This document shows positions 57,216 through 64,000 of a stretch of 64,000 nucleotides of DNA, one piece after another. How positions within the stretch are numbered: position 1 is the stretch's first letter; the number at the start of each line of letters is the position of its first letter. The notes beneath the pieces are model-generated. The model was not told where the DNA came from. It saw only the letters and a program-made list of their open reading frames with translations, and did no database searches. Position numbers and translations under genes: made by a program. Source of the DNA: an uncultured Candidatus Saccharibacteria bacterium (GTDB lineage: Bacteria > Patescibacteriota > Minisyncoccia > Phycocordibacterales > UBA9973); assembly GCA_964446965.1 (NCBI GenBank), contig CAYUQD010000002.1, forward strand, positions 32,689-96,688. Direction: 5' to 3'.

Positions 57216-57743
57216 ATGGAAGCAGTTAAGACTGGCTATACACAAGCCACAGAGAATTTAGCAGCTTTATTTAAAGAAAGAGCCGCCAAAGCAGAAGAGT
57301 TAAACAAAGAGTCTGCTGATTTAACAAAGAAATTTGAAAAAGAAGCAGAAGAAAATAAAGAAATCCTTCTTTTTTCTGCTCCTTTTAATGAAGTCGTTGT
57401 GACCTTTGGACAGCAACAAATTCATAATCTGTTTCTGCACTGTGAGTATCCAGCAGGCGGGCTTTTTTTGAGAGAGGTTCGTTTTGTTCATCTTGAAACT
57501 GTTGCCTCCAATCAGCTCAGGTACTTCACATCTATTCGTGTTCAATTCTTGTTCAGTGAGAAATGTTTTAATCATCATGTGTCATTACAGTGTTTACAAT
57601 TTGACGATGATGAGATGAGAGTCAGTGAGCAGGTTGTTGGACTAGGTACCAATCCACGTTTTGCAAACAAAGAAAAGTACTTAGAAGTAAGAGATGTTCT
57701 AACAGATATAACCGAAAAATTATACGCAGAACTAAAAAAGTAG
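57216..57743 (+). CDS. hypothetical protein (N-terminal coiled coil), AT-rich
   Basis: ORF-track start at 57174; ATG at 57216 (MEAVKTGY...) is preferred. Confidence 0.4.
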   Translation: MEAVKTGYTQATENLAALFKERAAKAEELNKESADLTKKFEKEAEENKEILLFSAPFNEVVVTFGQQQIHNLFLHCEYPAGGLFLREVRFVHLETVASNQLRYFTSIRVQFLFSEKCFNHHVSLQCLQFDDDEMRVSEQVVGLGTNPRFANKEKYLEVRDVLTDITEKLYAELKK

Positions 57744-57797
57744 CTTTTCAATGGAATTTAATTATTTGAGCTGTCCTTAGGGATGGCTCTTTTTATA

Positions 57798-57815
57798 TTT
57801 CCTAAATTTGTGAGC
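57798..57815 (+). repeat. direct repeat copy B TTTCCTAAATTTGTGAG(CC)
   Basis: See copy A. Confidence 0.8.
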
Positions 57816-57960
57816 CTTCTCGAGATAGAACCTTTTGATCCATTGCCCTGTAAGGTTGGTTCTAGTAATTCTTCCATTTTGGAACGATCCTTCTCGTGCG
57901 TCTATAAAAAGTGACAAAAGTGACACGGGATCGCCTTATAAAGTTACAGCTCACTGTAAC

Positions 57961-57990
57961 AAAAAAAGCCGGGAAGTATGATACTTCCCG
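57961..57990 (-). terminator. minus-strand intrinsic terminator (CGGGAAGTAtgaTACTTCCCG, U-run on minus)
   Basis: 9-bp perfect stem. The A7 run on the plus side gives a U-run on the minus transcript. Confidence 0.65.
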
Positions 57991-58006
57991 AACTTTGCAA
58001 TATTGT

Positions 58007-58480
58007 TTACCCACCCACCAGAGCATCCACTGACTCAACAGCACGCAATTCCTTGTCACTCAGTTCTGTGATGAACTCGGTAACCATAAGGCAAAATATT
58101 GGTATGATCCTATATTCTGAATGCATGATTTTGGCAGTGCCATATGCCTGTGCAAGCACCTTGCATCCTTGCGACTTAATAGTCTTGATTTGATACGCCA
58201 GTGCTTCAGGCACAAAGAGCATCTGGATTGGTGCACGTCCGAACATATCGAACATGTCATTTCCAGTAGGGGCAGCACTTGCAGACCAGTCCATTTTAAA
58301 TCCGGTCATAATATATCCTTGCTCTTTGGTGAATATATTTTTCTTATACCATCCGGGTTTTGCAGGAGTGCTGTCATAGGCGATCTTGGCCCAGTGTGAT
58401 GCTGATTCCATAACGATTTTAAAATAGTCAGGACTCAGGATGCAGAAGGGTTCAGGGGTGAAAAGTTTTGTGAACTTCAT
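58007..58480 (-). CDS. hypothetical protein
   Basis: 157 aa. No domain recognised. Confidence 0.4.
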   Translation of the reverse strand: MKFTKLFTPEPFCILSPDYFKIVMESASHWAKIAYDSTPAKPGWYKKNIFTKEQGYIMTGFKMDWSASAAPTGNDMFDMFGRAPIQMLFVPEALAYQIKTIKSQGCKVLAQAYGTAKIMHSEYRIIPIFCLMVTEFITELSDKELRAVESVDALVGG

Positions 58481-58552
58481 ATACAGTAGGTTTTAATTGT
58501 TTAGGAACGAAAAGACTGAATATATAATATCACATATATATTATATGTCAAT

Positions 58553-59236
58553 ATGCAATATATGCGATTAAGATATACTAGAGATATGAAAGCCATACTG
58601 AAATCTGGTCGCAATTCCTACAATGCAATGAGCGAGGCAGAGCTCGAAAAGAAGAAAAAGGAGCTCATGGAGAGCCCTATTTTCAAACAGGCTCAACAAA
58701 CAGTCAGAGACGTGACTGAGCGTGTACAGAAAGTTGCCGATACGCTAAAACCAGTATTTGAGCGTGTCTCGCAAGCACGGCAACAAATGATTGCTTTGCA
58801 GCCTAACTTACTCTCCGATACCTTGGTTATACCAACTGATAATACTCAACATCTTATACTCAAAGAATTACGGATATTAAATGCGGAAAAGCTTGTAACA
58901 AAAAATCATGCGAATACAGAGATTGTTATTTCATACAATACACAGGAGAACAGTTTGATGAGGGTAGTAGATGGTACAGAGTACTTCTACCATTTTAAGG
59001 ATGACGCAAAAAGAAAAAGATTATTTGATATTTTACTGCTAAGAAAATCCTATATACAGCGCAAAGAGCTCAAAGTACTACTCGGCTCTCCAACGGCAGA
59101 TGCTATCTCAACAATGGTTAAAACTCTTAATGAAAAAGTAGCTCAAAAACTACATCTTAATAAACTGAAGATCGTTGTTGCTAAATCTGGATCGGGGTAT
59201 CGGATTAATCCGAATGTGATAATCCAACGAGTATAA
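58553..59236 (+). CDS. OmpR/PhoB-type winged-helix DNA-binding protein without receiver domain (coiled-coil N-terminus)
   Basis: The C-terminus RLFDILLLRKSYIQRKELKVLLGSP...KIVVAKSGSGYRIN resembles trans_reg_C. No phospho-acceptor Asp context upstream. Confidence 0.45.
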   Translation: MQYMRLRYTRDMKAILKSGRNSYNAMSEAELEKKKKELMESPIFKQAQQTVRDVTERVQKVADTLKPVFERVSQARQQMIALQPNLLSDTLVIPTDNTQHLILKELRILNAEKLVTKNHANTEIVISYNTQENSLMRVVDGTEYFYHFKDDAKRKRLFDILLLRKSYIQRKELKVLLGSPTADAISTMVKTLNEKVAQKLHLNKLKIVVAKSGSGYRINPNVIIQRV

Positions 59237-59266
59237 AAATAAGCCCGGACATAATCCAGGCTTATA
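59236..59266. terminator. bidirectional terminator (AAGCCCGGAcataaTCCAGGCTT)
   Basis: Hairpin between convergent genes. Confidence 0.5.
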
Positions 59267-59275
59267 CATTTTCAC

Positions 59276-59917
59276 TCAATTCATCCCATGAAGACCACCC
59301 ATGCGTTGCAGATAATTTTGGTTGATGATCGCCTCTATCCTTTTTTCAGAAGCTGGTATCTCAACCTCAATCAAATTCCGTATTGCCGCAGAGAATGCAT
59401 TTTCAAACTCAGTCTTGTACCTTTTCAGGGTATCAGAAACTTTTCTCGATACCCGCGATATCCGTTCACCGCGTTGCTCCTGTCTTTGCATCAACAAGAA
59501 GTGTTCGCGTTCTGCTTCTTGCATAAATGCATCTGCAAGGTGAGGTGGTATCTGTGAAGGGTGAATACTGTAATAGGTAAAGAAATGTCCACGGCTGACT
59601 ATGACAAATGATCCGGCGATGTTTACCGCGATACGAGCGTATCCTGAGGTGAGGTTTTTAAATCGCTCAAGCCATTTGGCATTGCAGTCGCAGAATTCTT
59701 TGAATGCCTGGTTGAGAAGATTGTCGCACGCAGTTTCCTGCTTGCGGAATTCGTCTTCAATCATACAGACTGTTTGATAATCAAGTGCATCCTGCTTTGC
59801 GAGCGGGAAGGATGTTTCTTTGAAAAGGACAAATAGGGTCCTGATCATTTCTTTGGTTTCGCTCGCAGTTTGCTTAGCGAAATCTTCAAAATTGAAGTCA
59901 TTTGATGGTTGGCTCAT
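59276..59917 (-). CDS. hypothetical protein
   Basis: 213 aa. No domain recognised. Confidence 0.4.
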   Translation of the reverse strand: MSQPSNDFNFEDFAKQTASETKEMIRTLFVLFKETSFPLAKQDALDYQTVCMIEDEFRKQETACDNLLNQAFKEFCDCNAKWLERFKNLTSGYARIAVNIAGSFVIVSRGHFFTYYSIHPSQIPPHLADAFMQEAEREHFLLMQRQEQRGERISRVSRKVSDTLKRYKTEFENAFSAAIRNLIEVEIPASEKRIEAIINQNYLQRMGGLHGMN

Positions 59918-59951
59918 GTCAGTATATTTAGTTTAAAAGATCAATATAAGC

Positions 59952-59996
59952 ATAATACAACCATATATTGACTTTGTCAATATTGTATGGTAATAT
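59952..59996. promoter_or_regulatory. divergent overlapping promoters sharing palindromic -35 TTGACtttGTCAA
   Basis: Plus strand: TTGACT at 59968-59973, 17 nt spacer, TAATAT at 59991-59996. Minus strand: TTGACA (complement of 59975-59980), 17 nt spacer, TATTAT (complement of 59952-59957). Confidence 0.5.
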
Positions 59997-60013
59997 ACGA
60001 CAAACAGAACAAT

Positions 60014-60256
60014 ATGAAAAAAGGTATCATTAATGATGTTACAAACAACGATGGGCGACCCGTAGTTGAGATCACTTGTCTTGCCGATATTGATAAGCTA
60101 AAGGAATATAAGGAGAAAAAAATAGATGTCCGGATTGTTATGCATCCCAAGACATGTACCGATCCTTATCCCAAACTTGTCGAAGCGATGACGAATCTAT
60201 TGGGAGATCCCGAAAAAATCGCACTAGCAACGACAAAGAAAGAGATAAAAAATTAA
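60014..60256 (+). CDS. hypothetical small protein (80 aa)
   Basis: The ORF-track start at 59987 overlaps the -10 box; ATG at 60014 (MKKGIIN...) is preferred. Confidence 0.35.
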   Translation: MKKGIINDVTNNDGRPVVEITCLADIDKLKEYKEKKIDVRIVMHPKTCTDPYPKLVEAMTNLLGDPEKIALATTKKEIKN

Positions 60257-60272
60257 TATCGCAATGCTGTTC

Positions 60273-60299
60273 AAAATCCGGAATATTTCCGGATTTTTT
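60273..60299 (+). terminator. intrinsic terminator (AAATCCGGAAtattTCCGGATTT plus T)
   Basis: Perfect stem plus U-run. Confidence 0.7.
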
Positions 60300-60307
60300 A
60301 TATGCAA

Positions 60308-60341
60308 ATAAAAAAGGTCTAAACAGTAAATTGTTTAGACC
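60308..60341 (-). terminator. minus-strand terminator (GGTCTAAACAgtaaatTGTTTAGACC)
   Basis: 10-bp stem. The A-run on the plus side gives a U-run on the minus transcript. Back to back with the previous terminator. Confidence 0.65.
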
Positions 60342-60360
60342 TTGAGTAGTGTTTAATAAC

Positions 60361-60603
60361 TCATCCAATCTTTTTCTTCATTGAATGGCCAGTAGTTGCT
60401 GTTGCGTCGTTTCCGGAAATTTCCGGTACCGTTATAGCACTCCATTTATGGAACTCATCAAGTGAGCCTATAAGTTCAGGATTTTCTTGTAATAGTCCTG
60501 AAATGTTACCGTCGTTTTGATCGGCATAGGTTCCAATTTTTTGAGCCCCACTAGAGAGGTTACCGAATCCAGACGCATCAGCCCATTTTGTGTCGCTGCG
60601 CAT
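60361..60603 (-). CDS. hypothetical 80-aa protein, downstream partner of the large gene
   Basis: 17-nt gap after the upstream gene on the same strand. Gly/Ser/Asn-rich. Confidence 0.35.
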   Translation of the reverse strand: MRSDTKWADASGFGNLSSGAQKIGTYADQNDGNISGLLQENPELIGSLDEFHKWSAITVPEISGNDATATTGHSMKKKIG

Positions 60604-60619
60604 AACTTTTGAGTTTATT

Positions 60620-62209
60620 TTAAAGAAATCTTTTTGAAAGCCTGTGTTTAAATGGAAGTTTACGAATTGCCTCCTTTGCAGCCATTTTCAGCTCTGGATC
60701 GTTGTTTTTTGAGATCATAGCATTGTGTAGCGATGTCTGGCAAAAGCAATAATCCAGAATGAATGAGCTTGTACCGGTGACCCGCTCATCAATTCCTAAA
60801 GAATTAATAGCGGCAATTGCGATGTGGTAATAGCTGTCTACCGCAAAGTGTGCTTCTGGATGTACTAATACACCTGTGTCATTCCAGTGGTCGTCAATCC
60901 TGTTTAATGCTAAACAGTGATAGTACGTGTACACACAATCCTTTTTTCGCTGTAGGAAATGCTCAGGATCATTCATAAAATTCCCCAATAAGTTATCGGT
61001 TGGACCGAATAGCATATCGCTAGCGGTATTGACCTTAAAGATCTTATCAATATTCGAAGGGAATTTCTGACCCGATGTTTCTTCAAATAGAAGATCAAAT
61101 TCGCCGCTATCTACAAATGCTTCGACAATTTGTACGAAGTCTGTAAGTGGCTGCAAAAGATCTTCTAATTTTCTTGAACGAATCAAGTATTCTGAGAATA
61201 TTTGATTGATTTGGGCTACGCCCCGCTCGAGCTCCAAAGGAGCACTCGCTACGACGCTAAGTCCTGGTAGTACTTCTCTGTATTTGGAAATTTTTTGAGA
61301 GATTTTTTCCATATCCCATTCTTCAGACAGGATACCCCAGTTGAGTGAATTTGAATCAATAACAATCCATCTTCCGTCTCTTACCTGTATAACGGGACAA
61401 ACATGAAATGAATCTCTCATACCTTCCAACTCTTCCATTAGTATTCCTGCATCCAAACTGTCCATGAACTCGGGATCAGGAAATGCGATAGAGCGTCCCT
61501 CAATGTCTTGTTTGATTTCAGCAGCTTTCTTATGCTTTAGCTCATCCAAAACGTCTCGGGCAGTTCTGTTGGGAAGCATCAGTATTGTCTTAGCTCCTAC
61601 GATTTCTGCGAATGCCAGTATCATTTGTGTTTTGCCCTGGCAGTTTGCACGATTGTCATTTTTGTTCCATTTTCCGTATCCTACAGGAGCAACACTGTTG
61701 AAGCCGTCTTGATTGCTTCTCATTTCAGTTTTACGTCTGAATTCACTAAAAAGGTTCTTGGATGACATAATCGTTTTTTCCCGCTGTGCTTCCGCGTGGA
61801 ACAGGTTGTACAATTGTTTTGTAAGTTCAACTTGTTCGTTTGCGGTTGCAGACTTCCATTGTTTGGCGATCAGGTGAGCTTCGTCTGGCAAATTTTTCTT
61901 TGCAGCCGTAATAAGTGCTTTACCTAATCCACCGATCATTGCTCTCATTTCAACCCCATGACCATATTTAGAATATGTGGTGGAAGCTTCAGTGAGTGCG
62001 CAATCTTCTGAAAAAGAGTTTAATAACGTCCCGCTGACCAAATGGCCAGCGCGAAGCATCTTTCCCTCATCGGTGTCCGCTGGATACCTTGTAAGAAGTG
62101 TCTTCTGTTGTTTAAGCAGAGAAGTGTACGTTTTTGACCTCTTAAACGAGGCAAGATTTACCCCACATCCTTGTGTGAGTGCAAACTCAAATAGTTGTTC
62201 TATGTTCAT
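60620..62209 (-). CDS. large hypothetical protein (about 530 aa) with a possible transglutaminase-like Cys-His-Asp core
   Basis: NCQGKTQMILAFAEIVGAKTIL (Cys), FHVCPVIQVRDGRWIVIDSN (His...Asp) and the spacing are reminiscent of transglutaminase-like proteases. Rest unassigned. ORF-track TTG start at 62257; ATG at 62207-62209 is preferred. Confidence 0.45.
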   Translation of the reverse strand: MNIEQLFEFALTQGCGVNLASFKRSKTYTSLLKQQKTLLTRYPADTDEGKMLRAGHLVSGTLLNSFSEDCALTEASTTYSKYGHGVEMRAMIGGLGKALITAAKKNLPDEAHLIAKQWKSATANEQVELTKQLYNLFHAEAQREKTIMSSKNLFSEFRRKTEMRSNQDGFNSVAPVGYGKWNKNDNRANCQGKTQMILAFAEIVGAKTILMLPNRTARDVLDELKHKKAAEIKQDIEGRSIAFPDPEFMDSLDAGILMEELEGMRDSFHVCPVIQVRDGRWIVIDSNSLNWGILSEEWDMEKISQKISKYREVLPGLSVVASAPLELERGVAQINQIFSEYLIRSRKLEDLLQPLTDFVQIVEAFVDSGEFDLLFEETSGQKFPSNIDKIFKVNTASDMLFGPTDNLLGNFMNDPEHFLQRKKDCVYTYYHCLALNRIDDHWNDTGVLVHPEAHFAVDSYYHIAIAAINSLGIDERVTGTSSFILDYCFCQTSLHNAMISKNNDPELKMAAKEAIRKLPFKHRLSKRFL

Positions 62210-62244
62210 GTTAAAGTGCTTTTTTTGGTTTAGAATTTTTCTTG

Positions 62245-62290
62245 ATATTACAATCAATACTTGACTATGTCAATACATCGTGTATAGTCT
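62245..62290. promoter_or_regulatory. divergent overlapping promoters sharing palindromic -35 TTGACtatGTCAA
   Basis: Minus strand: TTGACA (complement of 62268-62273), 17 nt spacer, TAATAT (complement of 62245-62250). Plus strand: TTGACT at 62261-62266, 18 nt spacer, TAGTCT at 62285-62290. Confidence 0.45.
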
Positions 62291-62306
62291 TGTAAGATTG
62301 ATAAAA

Positions 62307-62738
62307 ATGAAAATATTCACTATTTCGAAAGATCAGATGCCTTCATATGTAGCTCTGTTTCTGAAACGCAAAGGAGTAACATACCGGTTCTCTTTCATTT
62401 TCTGCCCCAGGGAGCATAAGGAAGATTTTGTACTGACTTATCCGCAGGATAAATTCCCTGCCAGTGGCTCCATCGAGATTTTTATCTCCGAAGTTCCTGC
62501 AGAGTTAAGAGAAAAAGACCTTCATTCTGTTCACATTGCAACCGGTAAAGACTGGTCACCGATTGAACACTTTGTTTGCCACTATCCTGGAAAGGATCAT
62601 GATGAAGCACTTAGGATTGCAAAGTTCTGGGCACAGTACAACCTTAAATTTTTGGAAACAGGTGATACGTCAGTAGAGGCTGCCGACGTGATGAATTTCA
62701 AACTTGATGAAGATATTCAGGTAATGGAAATCAGCTAA
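62307..62738 (+). CDS. hypothetical protein
   Basis: ORF-track GTG at 62280; ATG at 62307 (MKIFTISKDQ...) is preferred. Confidence 0.35.
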   Translation: MKIFTISKDQMPSYVALFLKRKGVTYRFSFIFCPREHKEDFVLTYPQDKFPASGSIEIFISEVPAELREKDLHSVHIATGKDWSPIEHFVCHYPGKDHDEALRIAKFWAQYNLKFLETGDTSVEAADVMNFKLDEDIQVMEIS

Positions 62739-62750
62739 TGTGTTTACAAA

Positions 62751-62778
62751 GAAGTTGCGAAAGCAGCTTCTTTTTTTG
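62751..62778 (+). terminator. intrinsic terminator (GAAGTTGCgaaaGCAGCTTC plus T7)
   Basis: Hairpin plus U-run. Confidence 0.6.
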
Positions 62779-62821
62779 CTTAATTTCTAACTTGTCATCA
62801 TCTTGTGTTAATAACTCTCCC

Positions 62822-62850
62822 AAACCGCTTATAGCATAAGCGGTTTTTTG
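62822..62850 (+). terminator. second intrinsic terminator (AACCGCTTATagcaTAAGCGGTT plus T6) 45 nt after the first
   Basis: Perfect 10-bp stem plus U-run. Confidence 0.6.
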
Positions 62851-62953
62851 CGGTCCAACTCAACTATATGACGATTACATGACCCTGTACCTATTTGGTC
62901 TGATGATTAGGGGGACCAGTCATCCTTCACTTATTCCTTTAACAACATTTAGT

Positions 62954-64000
62954 ATGACCAAACTACACTGGACAACCGTCCAAAGACGTATAAGCGACCT
63001 TGTGCCTCAGGACATCAATCCTCGTACCATTAGTGATAAGCAACTGTCAGATCTAAAGAAGAGCTTGCAGAAATATGACCTTGTCGAGATCCCCGCGATC
63101 GACCTCGATGGTCGCATCCTTGCTGGGCATCAGCGCATCAAGGTGATGCAATTGCTCGGACGAGGAGAAGAAATTATCGATGTCAGATTGCCTAACCGTA
63201 AATTGACGTATGAAGAAGCAAAGCAGTATCTGATCGCAAGCAATGCGCTTGGCGGTGATTGGGACTTCACATCTCTGAAGTCCTTCGATCTCGATATTCT
63301 CACAAGTGCAGGCTTTGATGACATTGAGCTTGCCAAATTCTGGGACGATGACAAAGAAATCAAAAATGATACCTTCGATATCGATGCAGAATTGAAAAAG
63401 ATCAAAACGCCCAAGACAAAGCTCGGAGATATTATCAGACTCGGCAAACACAAGATCATCTGTGGAGACAGTACTAAACCAGAGACACTTACGCGACTGC
63501 TTGGAGATGACCGCGCAAGCATGATCTACAGTGATCCCGTTTATAACATTTCCGTGGACTACCGAGGGGGTATTGGCGGAAAGAAGGACTATGGCGGAGA
63601 CGTAAATGACACTCGCACCTATGACGAGTACAAGAAATTCATCGCCGACAGTCTCACTGCATCACTTGCCGTATCACATCAAGATACACATGTCTTCTAC
63701 TACTGCGACCAGATATTCATAGGGTTGGTGCAAGATGTATACCGCTCACTGGGCATTGCAAACAAGCGTGTATGTCTATGGCTCAAGAACTCACAGAATT
63801 GCGTGCCTAAAGTGTTTTGCAACAAAGCATACGAGCCTGCCGTCTATGGCACGCGCGGACGACCACATCTTGCACCCTCTATGACTTCACTCACTGAAGT
63901 ATTGAATCCAGAATTCGGTACTGGTAACGAACTCCTCGAACAAGTAGATGAATTCATTGAAATCTGGACTGCAAAACGACTTTCCGCAAAGGATTACGAA
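62954..64000 (+). CDS. ParB-like nuclease domain fused to N6-adenine/N4-cytosine DNA methyltransferase, partial (runs off window end)
   Basis: Not in ORF track (no stop). MTKLHWTTVQRRISDLVPQDINPRTISDKQLSDLKKSLQKYDLVEIPAIDL...AGHQR (ParB/Srx fold), then LGKHKIICGDST and MIYSDPVYN (DPPY-like motif IV), as in phage and plasmid orphan methylases. Confidence 0.7.
   Translation, partial: MTKLHWTTVQRRISDLVPQDINPRTISDKQLSDLKKSLQKYDLVEIPAIDLDGRILAGHQRIKVMQLLGRGEEIIDVRLPNRKLTYEEAKQYLIASNALGGDWDFTSLKSFDLDILTSAGFDDIELAKFWDDDKEIKNDTFDIDAELKKIKTPKTKLGDIIRLGKHKIICGDSTKPETLTRLLGDDRASMIYSDPVYNISVDYRGGIGGKKDYGGDVNDTRTYDEYKKFIADSLTASLAVSHQDTHVFYYCDQIFIGLVQDVYRSLGIANKRVCLWLKNSQNCVPKVFCNKAYEPAVYGTRGRPHLAPSMTSLTEVLNPEFGTGNELLEQVDEFIEIWTAKRLSAKDYE

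Noticed and set aside
57862-58059. 65-aa minus ORF spanning the terminator at 57961-57990
   Set aside because: It runs through a strong intrinsic terminator and overlaps the 3' end of the 58007..58480 gene. Treated as spurious.
1-64000. CRISPR arrays, transposases or IS elements, rRNA genes
   Set aside because: No regularly spaced short repeats, no DDE or serine-recombinase-like ORFs, and no rRNA-like conserved stretches were seen anywhere in the window.

Overview
This window is mostly core bacterial chromosome at about 50% GC, probably from a reduced-genome bacterium. A Patescibacteria/CPR affinity is plausible but is only an inference.

The housekeeping backbone reads, in order:
- divergent partial rnr, then rpsP, khpA and trmD, with no rimM or rplS;
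- rpoB, rpoC, dnaG and rpoD as one contiguous run;
- a DsbA-like gene and a GT2 (QxxRW) polysaccharide-synthase cluster;
- tsf and rpsB, then proS, mreB, mreC, tgt;
- a DNA-repair locus of uvrB, tspO, a DoxX-like gene, uvrA, nth and uvrC, followed by ddl;
- leuS, an O-antigen-ligase/TPR protein, murJ, lepA, an FtsB-like gene and a glutaredoxin;
- valS, prsW and hsp20 in one operon, then tsaD, gmk, phhB and dedA.

Four tRNAs are present: Thr-UGU, Arg-CCU and Phe-GAA.

Single AT-rich genes (about 33-38% GC) are inserted at many points. Each has its own near-consensus sigma70 promoter (TTGACA, 16-18 nt spacer, TATAAT) and is bracketed by strong intrinsic terminators.

The last roughly 7.5 kb (56.4-64 kb) is a contiguous AT-rich island of unknown-function genes and ends in a partial ParB-nuclease/DNA-methyltransferase fusion.

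The most notable sequence-level observations are:
- a roughly 60-bp duplication of the tgt 3' end flanking an inserted NYN-domain gene;
- a second pair of about 20-bp direct repeats flanking another island gene;
- a self-contained promoter-to-terminator unit of about 320 nt where rimM would normally sit, a candidate sRNA;
- several genes whose -10 box lies only 6-7 nt from the ATG, suggesting leaderless mRNAs;
- palindromes at the promoters of the repair genes.

No CRISPR array, transposase or rRNA was seen.

Coordinates of hairpins and promoters were read by eye and may be off by a few nt.
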